From contig CM059432.1 of NCBI GenBank assembly GCA_030390025.1, positions 36,892,001 through 36,956,000 on the forward strand: a stretch of DNA of 64,000 nt, read 5' to 3'. This document shows, piece after piece, positions 14,387 to 26,975 of this stretch. Each line of letters opens with the position of its first letter. The stretch's first letter is position 1. The stretch comes from Squalus acanthias (Eukaryota). The translations under genes and the position numbers were made by a program. Below the pieces are notes generated by a model that ran no database searches, was not told the origin of the DNA, and was given only the letters and a program-made list of their open reading frames with translations.

Positions 14387-14820
14387 GGCAACACGGTGGC
14401 ATAGTGGTTAGCACTGGTGCCTCACAGCGCCAGGGACCCGGGTTCGAATCTGACCTCGGGTGACTGTCTGTGTGGAGTTTGCACATTCTCCCAGTGTCTG
14501 CGTGGGTTTCCTCCGGGTGCTCCGGTTTCCTCCCACAGTCCAAAAATGTGCAGGTTAGGTTGATTTGGCTATGATAAATTGACCCTTAGTGTTAGGGGGG
14601 GATTAAATATGTGGGGTTATGGGGATAGGATGGGATATGTTAGGGGGAATTAAATACGTGGGGTTACGGGGGTAGGGTGGGATATGTGTACTGTGGGGAT
14701 TAAAGCAGGGACAGGGTACTGGATTTGGATGATCAGCCATGATCGTATTGAATGGTGGAGCAGGCTCGACGGGCCGAATGGCCTACTCCTGCTCCTAGAT
14801 TCTATGTTTCTATGTTTCTA
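14387..14820 (+). mobile_element. tRNA-derived V-SINE (HE1-like) with a CR1-derived tail and an internal ~47-bp tandem duplication
   Basis: A box (tggcatagtgg), B box (ggttcgaatc), V-domain gtgtggagtttgcacattctcc...gtgggtttcctccgggtgctccggtttcctccc, tail gggccgaatggcctactcctgctcct shared with the CR1 3' end near 30030, and a (tttctatg)n end. Confidence 0.88.
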
Positions 14821-15584
14821 AAAGCGCAATGGGTCAAATTGCCTCCTTCTCTGCTGTAATTTCCACTAAAAATAGATTAACAGATCAGTCACCTGATTGC
14901 TGTTTGTGGGACTTTGCTGTGCACAAAATGGTTGCTGCATCCGCTGGCATCACAATCACTGCACTTCAAGGTAATTCGCTCTCTTTGAAGTCATTTGAGA
15001 AGTCCTGGGAAACGAATAAGGTGCTTACAGGAAAGTTTTCTTTTTACCAGATAAAAACAACAAATTTACTTGTCCATGGAACAGGCTGCACATAAAATCT
15101 GCTGGTCATGTTCAGGTGTACCAGGTCATTTAGACAGCACAGGGACTGCAGCAAAAATCTTACTTCACTATTTTTTTTGTTAAGCAATGGACAGGAAGAT
15201 TCCTGTAATTTTTAAAAAGTTAAAAGGAATTACTCGAGAAAATCCAAATGAATTACTTAAAACAAAACAGTTCTGTTGAGTAAAACATGGGGATAACTTA
15301 AACACAGGCGTAAATCACACTGTTGTAAAACTTGACAGAAAATTGAGGGACATGAGGGCAGGGCTACAGGGAAAGGGCAGGGGAGTGGGACAAGCTGAAG
15401 TGCTCTTGCAGAGAGCCAGCACATATTCAACTGGCCAAATGGCCTCCTTCTGTGCTGTAACCATTCTATGATTCTATGAAGTGAAAGAGGGAAAAACACA
15501 TAGCAGCAAAGTTTCAGAAAATCAGAAGACTAATCACTCCCCTGCGTTCCAGCAAAATTACATTTTTTTTAAAAACAAAATGAC

Positions 15585-16005
15585 CAGCATTTATATAGCA
15601 CCTTTCACGTCCTCAGGACATCCCAAAGCACTTCACAACCAAGGAATTACATTTTAAACTATAGATACTGTTGTGTTGTTGGCAAACGTAGCAGCCTATT
15701 TGTTCACAGTAAGGTCACACAAACAACAAGGTGGTGAATCGCCAGGATCCACTTTGATGACATTGGTTGAGGAATGAATGTTGTCTGGAACGCCAGGAGA
15801 AGTTGGTCTTCCATAAAAGATCAGATCTTTCACATCCACCTGACCTTGCAGATAAGGTCACATCCAAAGAGACGGTACTGCTGACAATGCAGCACTCCTT
15901 CACTACTGCACTGAAATATCAACCTAGATAGATTGTGTGCTCAAGTCCTGGCCTGGGAGTTAAGCCCACAGCTTTCTGACCTGGATGCAAGAGTGCTACC
16001 AGTGA
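15585..16005 (-). mobile_element. Degenerate Deu-domain SINE
   Basis: Diverged, collinear copy of 62997-63450 (gcatttatatagcacctttcac ... cagcactcc...ctgcactg ... cccacagctttctgac). Confidence 0.65.
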
Positions 16006-16399
16006 GCCAAATAATACCGATATTACAATCAAAAAACTAAGCTCTTTGTTTAAATTAAGATGCATGTTACAACAGATTGCATTGAAATAAATGATACCTT
16101 GTTGGTGAAGGCCATGCACTATTTACTCTAAAAACACAGTCCAAAGACATTGATTTCCACGGTACCTTCCAGTATCCTGGCCAAGTGACCATTCATAAAA
16201 TACAAGTTCTGACAGCGTTGGCAGGTGATTTGACCACAAGAGCATCACAGTCAAGCTTGATGGTGCCCTCATCTGACATCCATTCACGTGTAATTCCAGA
16301 AGGGAATGTTGGATAACAACCAGGCGAAGTAACACTGGAGGTTGTTTCCCCACCATAGTTTAAGCACTTTTGAAGCCGATTCCACAATATTAAGCTTCA

Positions 16400-16830
16400 T
16401 TCACAACTCACCCCAATGATGAAGGAACCCATGCTAGCACACAAGACCAGAATAACATCCGGGTTTGGGCTGACAAGTGACAGGTAACATTCGCGTCAGA
16501 AAAGAGCTGAGTAACGACCTTCTACAACTGGAGAAAACCCAGCCCTTTCCCCTTAACTTTCAACAGTAGCACCACCGCCGAGTCCTTCACCATCAACCTC
16601 TCAGGGATCATCACTGACCAGAAGCTGAACAAGCCATACCAACACCTACAAGATCAGGACGAAGGTTGTGTACTCTGCCAGGAGTGGCTCACCTCCTGAC
16701 TCCTCAAAGACTCTCCACCATCTACAAGGCTCGCCAGGAGTGCAATGGAATGCTCATCCATTGCCTGGATGGGTGCAGCTGCAATAATACTAAAGAAGCT
16801 CAACATTATCGCGGACAGAGTAACATCATT
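16400..16830 (+). mobile_element. Old fragment of the LINE family seen at 38810 and 59764
   Basis: gggctgacaagtgacaggtaacattcgcg; HLLTPQRLSTIYKA; AWMGAAAIILKKL. Confidence 0.75.
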
Positions 16831-18794
16831 ATGGGAGCACCAATCTTGCCCACATTCCAAGAACAAACTTCAAAAAAAAACTTGTAGTCCCACGATTATG
16901 TCCTGTTTGAGAGCAGCAAACTCAGTAGTCTGAGATCAAGAAGGGATGTTCCAAGGTTTGTATGACTCAGCTATTCACTGAATAAATGTACTGATTCATT
17001 TCTTGCTTTTGTACAAATGTTACCCAACACGTGAGATTTCAATAGTATGCAAGAAATTCTTGCAACTTTCCCCCATTTTCCCAAAGACAAGCATCCCTTC
17101 CAAAAAAATCCCAGGAAGTCCACGTATCAGCTTCAGTCGCGACTGGAATCCAAATTTTGCCCCACCCAACAATAATTTCCTTCCAACTTTGGATAAAAAT
17201 TACTCTTGGGTAAATTGATAGCTTCTTTAAACATATATTCAGAGTGGTATTCCTGTGGTACCATACCGTACTGATGGTGCACCCTGTTATTCTACAAGTT
17301 GGGAAACTAAGTCTCAATTGGACCAGATGAAGGGAACTGATGGATTAACCAACCTGGGCAGAGAATTATAAAATGATACAGCACAGAAAGAAGCCATTCA
17401 GCCCATCATACCTATGCAGGCTCTTTGGTAGAGCTATCCAATTAGTCCCACTTCCCTGCTCTTTCTTCATAGACCTGCAAAAAAATTCCCTTCCAAGTAT
17501 TTATCCAATTCCATTCTCAAAGTTACTATTGAATCTGCTTCCACCACCCTTTTAGGCAGAGCATTCCGGATCACAACTCGCTGCGTAAAAAAAAGTTTCC
17601 TCATGCCGCCTCTGGTTCTTTTGGCAATTACCTTCAATCTGTGTCCTCTGGTTCTTCCACTGGAAGCAGTTTCTCTTTATTTACTCTTCAAAAAATTCAT
17701 GATTTTGCACAATCAATCTCCTCTTAACCTTCTCTGCTCTAAAAGGAGAACAACCCCAGCAACCCCTTCCGAAAGTGTGGTGCCCAGAATTGAACACAAT
17801 ACTCCAGCTGAGGCCTAACCAGTGTTTTACAAAGGTTTAACATAACTTCCTTGCTTTTGTACTCTATTAATGAAGCGAAGGCTCCCATATACTTTGTTAA
17901 CAACCTTCTCAACTTGTCACCTTACCTTCAAAGATTTGTGTTCATACAATCCAAGGTTTCTCTGTTCCTGCACCCCTTTTAAAATGTTATTATTTAGTTC
18001 ATATTGCCTCTCTTCATTCTTCCTACCAAAATGCGTATGACAGATGTCAGGTTGAGAATACAAGTGAGAACCAAGCTGAATATAGAAAGTTCAGAGGGGA
18101 AGTGAAAAAGGAAATAAGAGGCGCAAAGAGAGTATGAGAATAGATTGGCAGCTAACATAAAAGGGAATCCAATAGTCTTCTATAGACATATAAATAGTAA
18201 ACGGATATCAAGGGGAGAGGTGGGGACGATTCGGGACCAAAAAGGAGACCTGCGCATGGAGGCAGAGGGCATGGCTAATGTACTAAATGAGTGCTTTGCA
18301 TCTGTCTTTAACAAGGAAGATGCTGCCGAAATCATAGTGAAAGAGGAGGTAGTTGAGATATTGGATGGGATAAAAATTGATAAAGCGGAAATACTAGAAA
18401 GGCTGGCTGTACTTAAAGATAAGTCACCAGGACCGGATGGGACGTATCCCAGGACGCTATGGGAAGTAAAGGTGGACAAGTGCGGACTAATTAAGGAAAG
18501 CCATCACGGATTTGTTAAAGGCAAATTGATTGAGTTTTTGATGAGCTAACAGAGAGGGTTGATGAGGTGTACATGGACTTCCAAAAGGCATCTGATAAAG
18601 TGCCACATAATAGGCTTGCCAGCAAAGTTGAAGCCCATGGAATAAAACTAACAGTGGCAGCATGGATACAAAATTGGTTAAGTGACAGGAAACAGAGTAG
18701 TGGTGAACGGTTGTTTTTCAGACTGGAGGACAGTACACAATGGTGTTCCCCAGGGGTCGGTACTAGGACCACTGCTTTTCTTGATATATATATT

Positions 18795-20186
18795 CCCTGT
18801 AAAACCAGGGAATTACAGGCCAGTGAGCCTAACCTCAGTGGTAGGGAAATTATTGGAAAAAATTCTGAGGGATAGAATTAGTCTCCACTTGGAGAGGTAA
18901 GGATCAATCAAGGATAGTCAGCATGGCTTTATCAGGGGGAGATCATGTCTCACCAATTTGATTGAATTTTTCGAGGGGGTGACTAGGTGTGTGGATGAGG
19001 GTAGTGCAGTTGATGTCGTCTACATGGACTTCAGTAAGGCTTTGGACAAAGTCCCGCATGGGAGACTGGTCAAGAAGGTAAGAGCCCATGGGATCCAGGG
19101 AAATTTGACACATTGGATCCAAAATTGGCTTAGTGGCAGGAGGCAGAGGGTGATGGTCAAAGGTTGTTTGTGACTGGAAGCCTGTGCCCAGTGGTGTACC
19201 GCAGGGATCGGTGCTGGGTCCTTTGCTGTTTGTAGTGTACATTAATGATTTAGATATGAATGTAGTAGATATGATCAGTAAGTTCACAGATGACACGAAA
19301 ATTGGTGGAGTGGTAAATAGCGAGGAAGGAAGCCTCAGGCTACAGGACGATATGGCGGGTTGGTCAGATGGGCAGAACAGTGGCAAATGGAATTTAACCC
19401 TGAAAACTGTGAGGTGATGCATTTTGGGAGGACTAACAAGGCAAGGGAATACACAATGAATGGTAGGACCCTTGGAAGGACAGAGGATCAGAGGGACCTT
19501 GGTGTGCATGTACATAGATCCCTGAAGGCAGCAGAGCAGGTAGATAAGGTGGTTAAGAAGGCATATGGGATACTTGCCTTCATTAGCCGAGGCATAGAAT
19601 ATAAGAGCAGGGAAGTTATGATGGAGCTGTACAAAACGCTAGTTAGGCCACAGCTGGAATACTGTGTGCAGTTCTGGTCGCCACACTATAGGAAGGATGT
19701 GATTGCATTGGAGAGGGTGCAGAGGAGATTCACCAGGATGTTACCTGGGCTGGAGCGTTTCAGCTATGAAGAGAGACTGGAAGGCTGGGGTTGTTTTCCT
19801 TAAAGCAGAGAAGGCTGAGGGGAGACCTGATTGAGGTGTACAAAATTATGAGGGGCACAGATAGGGTAGATAGAAAGAAACTTTTCCCTTTAGTAGAGGG
19901 GTCAATAACCAGGGGGCATAGTTTCAAGGTAAGGGGCAGGAGGTTTAGAGGAAAAACTTTTTCACCCAGAGGGTGGTTGGAATCTGGAACTCACTGCCTG
20001 AAAGGGTGGTAGAGGCAGGAACCCTCACCACATTCAAGAAGCATTTAGATGAGCACTTGAAACACCATAGCATACAAGGCTACAGACCAAGTGCTGGAAA
20101 ATGGGATTCGAATAGACAGGGCTTGATGGCCAGCACGGACACGATGGGCCGAAGGGCCTCTTTCTGTGCTGTATAACTATGACTCT
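18795..20186 (+). mobile_element. Nested CR1 LINE (different subfamily)
   Basis: PGNYRPVSLTSVVGKLLE through LERVQRRFTRMLPG, with its own 3' tail (gggccgaagggcctctttctgtgctgtataactatgactct), inserted into the YIND codons of the host. Confidence 0.85.
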
Positions 20187-20760
20187 ATATGTTAATGACT
20201 TGGATGGGTGCACAGGGCACAACTTCAAAATTTGCAGATGACACAAAACTTGGAAGTATAGTGAACAGTGAGGAGGATAGTGATAACTTCAGGAGGACAG
20301 GCAAGTGGAATGGGCGGACACATGGCAGATGAAATTTAACGTAGAAAAGTGCAAAGTGATACATTTTGGTAGGAAGATCGAGGAGAAGCAATATAAACTA
20401 AAGGGTACAATTCTAAAGGGGGTGCATGAAGAGAGAGCTGGGGGTTTATGAGCACAAATGGTTGAAGATGGCAGGGCAGGTTGAGAAAGCGGTTAAAAAA
20501 AAACATACGGGATCCTGGGCTTCATAAATACAGGCATAGGATAACAAAAGCAAGGAAGTTATGACGAACCTTTATAAAACACTGGTCCGGCCTCAACTAG
20601 ACTACTGTATCCACTTTGAAATAATGGAGAGGGTTGATGCACTTTAGGAAGGATGCGAAGACCTTAGAGAGAGTGCAGAAAAGATTTACAAGAATGGTTT
20701 CAGAGATGACGGCCTTCAGTTACGTGGATAGACTGGAGAAGCTAGGGTTGTTCTTTTTAG

Positions 20761-20866
20761 TGAGGTATTCCCTCACTGTACCTGATGAAGGAGCAGCGCT
20801 CCGAAAGCTCGTAATTTCAAATAAAACTGTTGGACTATAACCTGGTGTTGTGCGACTTCTCATTTT
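20761..20866 (+). mobile_element. 106-bp Penelope terminal-repeat-derived insertion with a 13-bp TSD
   Basis: TTGTTCTTTTTAG duplicated at 20748-20760 and 20867-20879; body nearly identical to 58445-58530. Confidence 0.85.
20779..20813 (+). ncRNA. Minimal type I hammerhead ribozyme motif (Penelope-associated)
   Basis: TAC-CTGATGA-A-GGAGC(AGC)GCTCC-GAAA-GCTC-GTA: intact core boxes, 5-bp stem II, short stem I, minimal stem III. Confidence 0.75.
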
Positions 20867-22014
20867 TTGTTCTTTTTAGAGCAGAGAAGGTTGAGAGGAG
20901 ATTTGATAGAAGTGTTCAAAATCATGAGGGGTCTGGACAGAGTAGTTAGAGAGAAACTGTTCCCATTGGTGGAAGGGTTGAGAACCAGAGGACACAGATT
21001 TAAGGTGATATGCAGAAGAACCAAAGGCGACATGAGGAAAAACTTTTTTTACGCAGCAAGTGGTTAGGATCTGGACTGCACTGCCTGAGCGGGTGGTGGA
21101 GGCAAATTTAATCGTGGCTTTCAAAGGAGAATTGGAGAAGTAACTGAAGGAAAAAAAATTTGCAGGGCTACGGGGAAAGGGCGGGGGAGTGGGACTAGCT
21201 GAAGTGCTTTTGCAGAGAGCCAGCACGGGCTCGACAGGCTGAATGGCCTCCTTCTGTGCTGTAACCATTCTATGATTCTATGTATCACTTGACAGTTCTC
21301 TGCGGTAAATTTCACTGGTCTTGTGTCTGCCCATTTCACCATCCTCATTGTTGACTACTTTTCCAAGTTTCGTGTCATCTACAAACTTTTAAATTCTGTC
21401 CTGTATACCCAACTCTAGGTTATTAAAATACATCAAAAGAGCAGTGGTCCTAATACCGACCCCTGGGAAACACCCCTGTAATACTTCGCTCGAGTCTGAA
21501 ATACAACTGTTCACCACTACTCTCTGTTTTCTGTCCCTTAGTCAAGTTTGTGACAACACTGCCGCTGTCCCTTTAATCCCGTGGGCTTCAATTTTGCTAA
21601 CACGCCTATTGTGTGGTACTTTGTCAAATGTCCTTTGAAAGTCCAAATACACATCAACTGCACTACCCTCATCAACCCTCTCCATTATTTCAAAGAACTC
21701 AATCAAGTTAGTCAAACACAATTTGCCTTCAATAAATCCGTGGTGACTTTCATTTATTAGCCCATACTTTTCCAAGTGCCAATTAATTTTGTCGCAGATT
21801 ATTGTCTCAAAGTTCTTCCACCACCTATGTCAAGCAGACTCACCTGTAGTTGCCGGGTTTATCCCTTTCCCATTTTTTATACAAGTGTAACACTTGCAAT
21901 CTTCCAGTCCTCTGACACCCCCATATCGAAAGGAGGATTGTGGCCAGAGCCTCTCTAATTTCAACCCATTTAATTGGAGGGATGGGAGGGCCTTCCTTTT
22001 CCCCCACAGTGCGT

Positions 22015-22305
22015 CAGCCCCGTCTGCTCTCAGGTGGACGTAAAATATCCCATGGCACTATTTCAAAGAGGAGCAGGGGAGTTATCCTGTGTCCTGGACA
22101 ATATTTATCCCTCAACCAGCGTAACAAAAACAGATTATTTGGTCATTATCACATTGCTGTTTGTGGGAGTTTGCTGTGCACAAATTGGCTGCCGCGTTTC
22201 CCACATTACAACAGTGACTCCACTTCAAAAGCACTTGATTGGTTGTAAAGCGCTTTGAGACGTCCAGTGATTGTGAAAGGCGCTGTATAAATGCAAGTCT
22301 TTCTT
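22015..22305 (+). mobile_element. 5'-truncated Deu-domain SINE
   Basis: ctctcaggtggacgtaaaatatcccatggcactatttc...aatatttatccctcaacc...aaattggctgccgcgtttcc...aaggcgctgtataaatgcaagtc. Confidence 0.85.
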
Positions 22306-22732
22306 TCTCATGGGAATGTGTCTAACTCTGTACCCAAACCATCGCCTCTTTGAAGGCCTCAAATTGTTCAATTACTTTTTGGCCTAACAAATTTTTGATT
22401 CCAATCCACCTGGGCCAGATCCCTTTTCAACTCACTGAAGTTATCATAGACTCATGGAATGGTTACAGCACGGAAGGCGGCCATTCAGCCCATGCCAGCT
22501 CTCTGCAAGAGCACTTCAGCTAGTGCCATTCCCCCACAGCCCTGCAAATTGTTTTCCTTTAGATAATTATCCAACTCCCTTTTGAAAGCCGTGATTGAGT
22601 CTGCCTCCTCCACCCTTTCAGGCATTGCATTCCAGATCCTAACCACTCGCCGAGTAAAAATGTTTTTCCTCATGTTGCCTTTGGTGCTTCTGCCAATCAC
22701 CTTAAATCTGTGTCCTCTGGTTTTTGACCCTT

Positions 22733-25700
22733 CATAGGATTACATAGGATATACGGCACAGAAACAGGCCATTCGGCCCAAACAGTCCATGCCGGCGTTT
22801 ATGCTCTACTCGAGCCTCCTCACATCTTTCCTCATCTAAATCTATCAGCATAACCCTCTATTCCCTTCTCCCTCATATGCTTGTCTAGCCTCCCATTGAG
22901 TGCATCTATACTATTCACTTCAACCACTCCCTGTAGTAGTGAGTTCCACATTCTCACCACTCTTTGGGTGAAGAAATTTCTTCTGAATTCCCTATTGGAT
23001 TTCTTGGTGACTATCTTATATTGATGGCCTCTAGTTATGCTCTTCCCCACAAGTGGAAACATTCTCTATCAAAATGTTGCATAATTTTAAAGACCTCTCA
23101 TAGGTCACCTGTCAGCCTTCTTTTTTTCCCCCAAGAGAAAAGAGACCCAGTCTGTTCATCCTTTCCTGAGATGTATACCCTCGTATTTCTGGTATCATCC
23201 TTGTAAATCTTCTCTGCACCCTCACCAGTGCCTCTATATCCTTTTTATAATATGGCGACCAGAACTGTACGCAGTACTCAGTGTGGTCTAACCAAGGTTC
23301 GATACAGGTTTAGCATAACTTCCCTACTTTTCAATTCTATACCTCTAGAAATAAACCCTAGTGCCTGGTTTGCTTTTTTTATGGCCTTGCTAACCTGTGT
23401 CGCAACTTTTAGTGATTTGTGTATTTGTACTCCGAGATCCCTTGGTTCCTCTACCCCACCTAGACTCGCACCCTCCAAGTGATGTGACCTCCCTATTCTT
23501 CCTACCAAAATGTAATACCTCACATTTATCTGTGTTGAACTTCATTTGCGAATTATATGCACATTCTGCAAGTTTATTAATGTCCTCCTGTAATTTGTTG
23601 CAGTCCTCCTCAATATTGACTAACACCCCCCAATTTGGTGTCATCCGCAAATTTAGAAATTGTGTTTCTGATTTCAAAGTCTAAATCGTTAATGTAAATT
23701 GTGAACAACAGTGGTCCCATCACTGATCCTTGTGGAACACCACTACTGACCTTCTGCCACTGTGAATAGCTATCTTTTACCCCTACTCTCTGCTTTCTGT
23801 CTTGAAGCCAGCTAACTATCCAATCTGCTACTTGTCTCCTGACTCCGCATTCTCTGACCTTGTTCAGCAGTCTATTGTGGGGTACCTTATCGCAGGCCTT
23901 TTTAAAATCCAGATAAATTACATCTACTGCATTACCATTGTCTACTCTCTGTTACCTCTTCAAAAAATTCAATGAGGTTGGTCAAGCAAGACTTTCCCTT
24001 TTGAAATCCATGCTGACTATTCATTATTATGTTTTTGGTTTCTCGATGTTCTTCTATTTTCTCCTTTAGTAGGGATTCCATTATTTTTCCTACCACAGAT
24101 GTTAAGCTGACTGGTCTATAATTCCCTGGACGTGTTCTATCCCCCTTCTTAAATATAGGTATTAAGTTAGCTATCCGCCAGTCCTCTGGCACTACACCTT
24201 TTTCTAACGAATTATTAAATATGTGTAGCAATGCCTCTGCTATCTCTTCCCTAGATTCTTTTAAAATGCATGGATGCAATCCATCCGAACTAGGGGTTTT
24301 ATCCTCTTTGAGTTTGATTAGTTTATTTAATATATCCCCTCTTTTTATTTTAAATGCACTTATCTCATTACTAATCTCATCATCCAATGTCATGTCCACC
24401 TGTTCTATCACCCCGGTAAATAATGAAGCAAAATAATTATTTAATATTTCTGCCATCTCTCTCTCATTACCTGTGGTATTATCCTGTCTATCCCTTAATG
24501 GCCCTATTTCCATCCCAACCTTCCTTTTTTTTAAAATTGATGTGACTGTAAAATATTTTACTGTTTTGTTTTATGTTCCTTGGTAATTTAATTTAATCGT
24601 TCCTCTTTGCCTTGCTAATTTTTTTTGACTTCTCTCCAAATCTTTGTATTCTCCCTTATCATGCAATCTCCTGCTGTCTATGTACTTAATGTATGCCTCT
24701 TTCCTTACTCTCAATTGTTCTCTTATGGCTTTATTCATCCATGGAGCCTCAACAGTGTTTAGTTTGTTCTTTCCTTTTAGCGGAATATATTGTTCCTGCA
24801 CTCTGTTGAACACCGTTTTAAATGTTTCCCATTGCTGTTCTACATCGTTGTTTGCCAATATTGTTGCTCATTTTATTTTCCCAAGTTCTATTCTCAGCCC
24901 CTCAAAATAAGCTTTTCTCCAATCTATTACCCTGGTTTTCGTCATGCTTATGTCCTTTTCAATTATCATCTTAATTATTATATTATGGTCACTATTGCCT
25001 CGATGTTCCCCTCCTTTTACTTCTCTTATCTGCTCTGGATCATTCTCCATTACTAGATCCAATAGCAAATCTTCCCTTGGGCTTTTTACACATTGGGTTA
25101 TTACATATTGGGTTAGAAAGGAGCCCTGTACACATTGTAGGAACTCCATTCCCTTATCCCCTTTATCTACCTCTTCTGTGCATTAATATCGGGGTAGTTG
25201 AAATCGCCCATGATTATTATTCTATGTTTTTTACTCATTTCCCTAATTTGTCTGCATATTTCTTCCTCCACCTCCCTTCCACTATTAGGTGGTCTGTAGA
25301 CTACACTAATTAGTATGATTAGCCACAGACTCCGCTCCCTAACCACTGACTCCATCCCTCTCCTTAACATTTGTCGGAGGCCGAACCACACTGTTCGCAA
25401 CCTTGGTGTCATATTTGACCCTGAAATGAGCTTCCGACCACATATCCGCAGCATAACAAAGGCCACCTACTTCCACCTCCGTAACATCGCCCGTCTCCGC
25501 CCTTGCCTCAGCTCATCTGCTGCTGAAACCCTCATCCATACCTTTGTTACCTCTAGAGTTGACTATTCCAACGCACTCCTGGCTGGCCTCCCGCATTCCA
25601 CCCTACATAAACTTGAGATCATCCAAAACTCAGCTGCCCGTATCCTAACTCGCACCAAGTCCCGTTCGCCCATCACCCTTGTGCTCGCTGACCTACACTG

Positions 25701-26975
25701 GCTCCCGGTTAAGCAGCGCCTCGATTTCAAAATTCTCATCCTTGTTTTCAAATCCCTCCATGACCTCACCCCTTAGAGATATCTGCGCTCCTCTAATTCT
25801 GCCCTCTTGAGCATCCCTGATTATAATCGCTCAAGCTTTGGTGGCCGTGCCTTCTGTTGCCTAGCCCCTAAGTTCTGGAATTCCCTGCCTAAACCTGTCC
25901 GCTTCGCTACCTCTCGGTCCTCCTTTAAGACGCTCCTTAAAACCTACCTCTTTGACCAAGCTTTTGGTCAGCTGCCCTAATTTATCTTTATGTGGATCAG
26001 TGTCATATTTTTTGTCTTAAAATACTCCTGTGCAGCGCCTTGGGATGTTTTACTACGTTAAAGGCGCTATATAAATACAAGTTGTTGTTGTTGATTGATC
26101 CTTAATGATCTTTTATCTCTATCCATTTTGTCTTGCTGATAGCTGCGTCACTTTTTTCTACTGCCATTATGTTATCCCCAAGTACAGCTACTCCACCTCC
26201 CCTTTTCCCCCCTCTATCTTTTCTACCCTGCAATGTTTAATTCTCAGTCCTGATTTTTCTGTAGCCATGTCTCAGCAATCCCTACTATGTCTGGTTCCTC
26301 GCAACGCATGATCACCTCCAGCTCCCCTGTTTTAATATGGACACTGTTTGCATTGCTGTACAGACAGTTTAACTCATTTTTAATAGGATTTCCTCTCACT
26401 TTATGTTTAACCATCTTTTTAGACTCCTGTTCTATAACTCTATTTATTCCCTTGCCATCAGTGTCCTCCCTTACTTTATTCTTTCCTATGCTCTCTTTTC
26501 CTGTTTTGTTTATAATTAGGCTGGTTACGTTTCTTGTAGATCCCTCCTCCCATCTTACTGGTTTAAAGCCTTTACCACCTTCCTATTTACCCTTTCTGCT
26601 AGGATACGAGTCCCATCTCGGTTCAGGTGGAGCCCGTCCCATCGGTACAGCTCCTTCCTGTCCCAGAACTGGTGCCAGTGTTCCACGAAAAGGAACCTCT
26701 TTCCCACACCAGCCCTTTAGCCATGTGTTAATTCTCCTGATCTGTCTGCTTCTATGCCAATTTGCACGTGGCTTGGCAATAATCCAGAGATTATTACCCT
26801 TGAAGGCCTGCTTTTTAACTTAGAGCCGAACTCCTGATACTTTTTCAGCAGGACCTCCTCCCTATGTCGTTTGTTCCAACATGGACCACGACAACTGGAT
26901 TTACCCCCTCCCTTTCCAAGTTCCTCTCCAGCCGCCGTGAGATATCCCTTACGCTGGCACCAGGTGAGGGATATC
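22733..26975 (-). mobile_element. Near full-length degenerate CR1 with ORF1 SGNH-esterase remnant, APE endonuclease and RT
   Basis: ORF1: VVVVHVGTNDIG (26860-26900) and a DGLHL-type segment near 26620-26645. APE: VYRPPN, IMGDFNYP, GNSDH. RT: PGNYRPVSLTSVVGK, QHGFQKGKSCLTNL. Confidence 0.85.
25316..26093 (+). mobile_element. L2-clade LINE 3' fragment nested in CR1
   Basis: RNLGVIFD...HLRNIARLRP...LIHTFVTSRVDYSNALLAG...LHWLPVKQR; tail aaggcgctatataaatacaa(gtt)n. Confidence 0.9.

Larger units (their letters stand above)
18033..21280 (+). mobile_element. CR1 LINE with internal deletions, itself interrupted by another CR1 and a Penelope-derived fragment
   Basis: AANIKGNPIVFYRHIN, YMDFQKASDKVPH, GVPQGSVLGP, LERVQKRFTRM; tail attctatgattctat. 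Confidence 0.85.
17365..21950 (-). mobile_element. CR1 LINE host copy, split by the 18033-21280 insertion
   Basis: Sequence breaks at ttcctaccaaaatg (18032) and resumes at tgtatcactt (21281), as in the intact copy at 1465-1487. VYLDFQRTFDKVPH on the minus strand. Confidence 0.8.
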
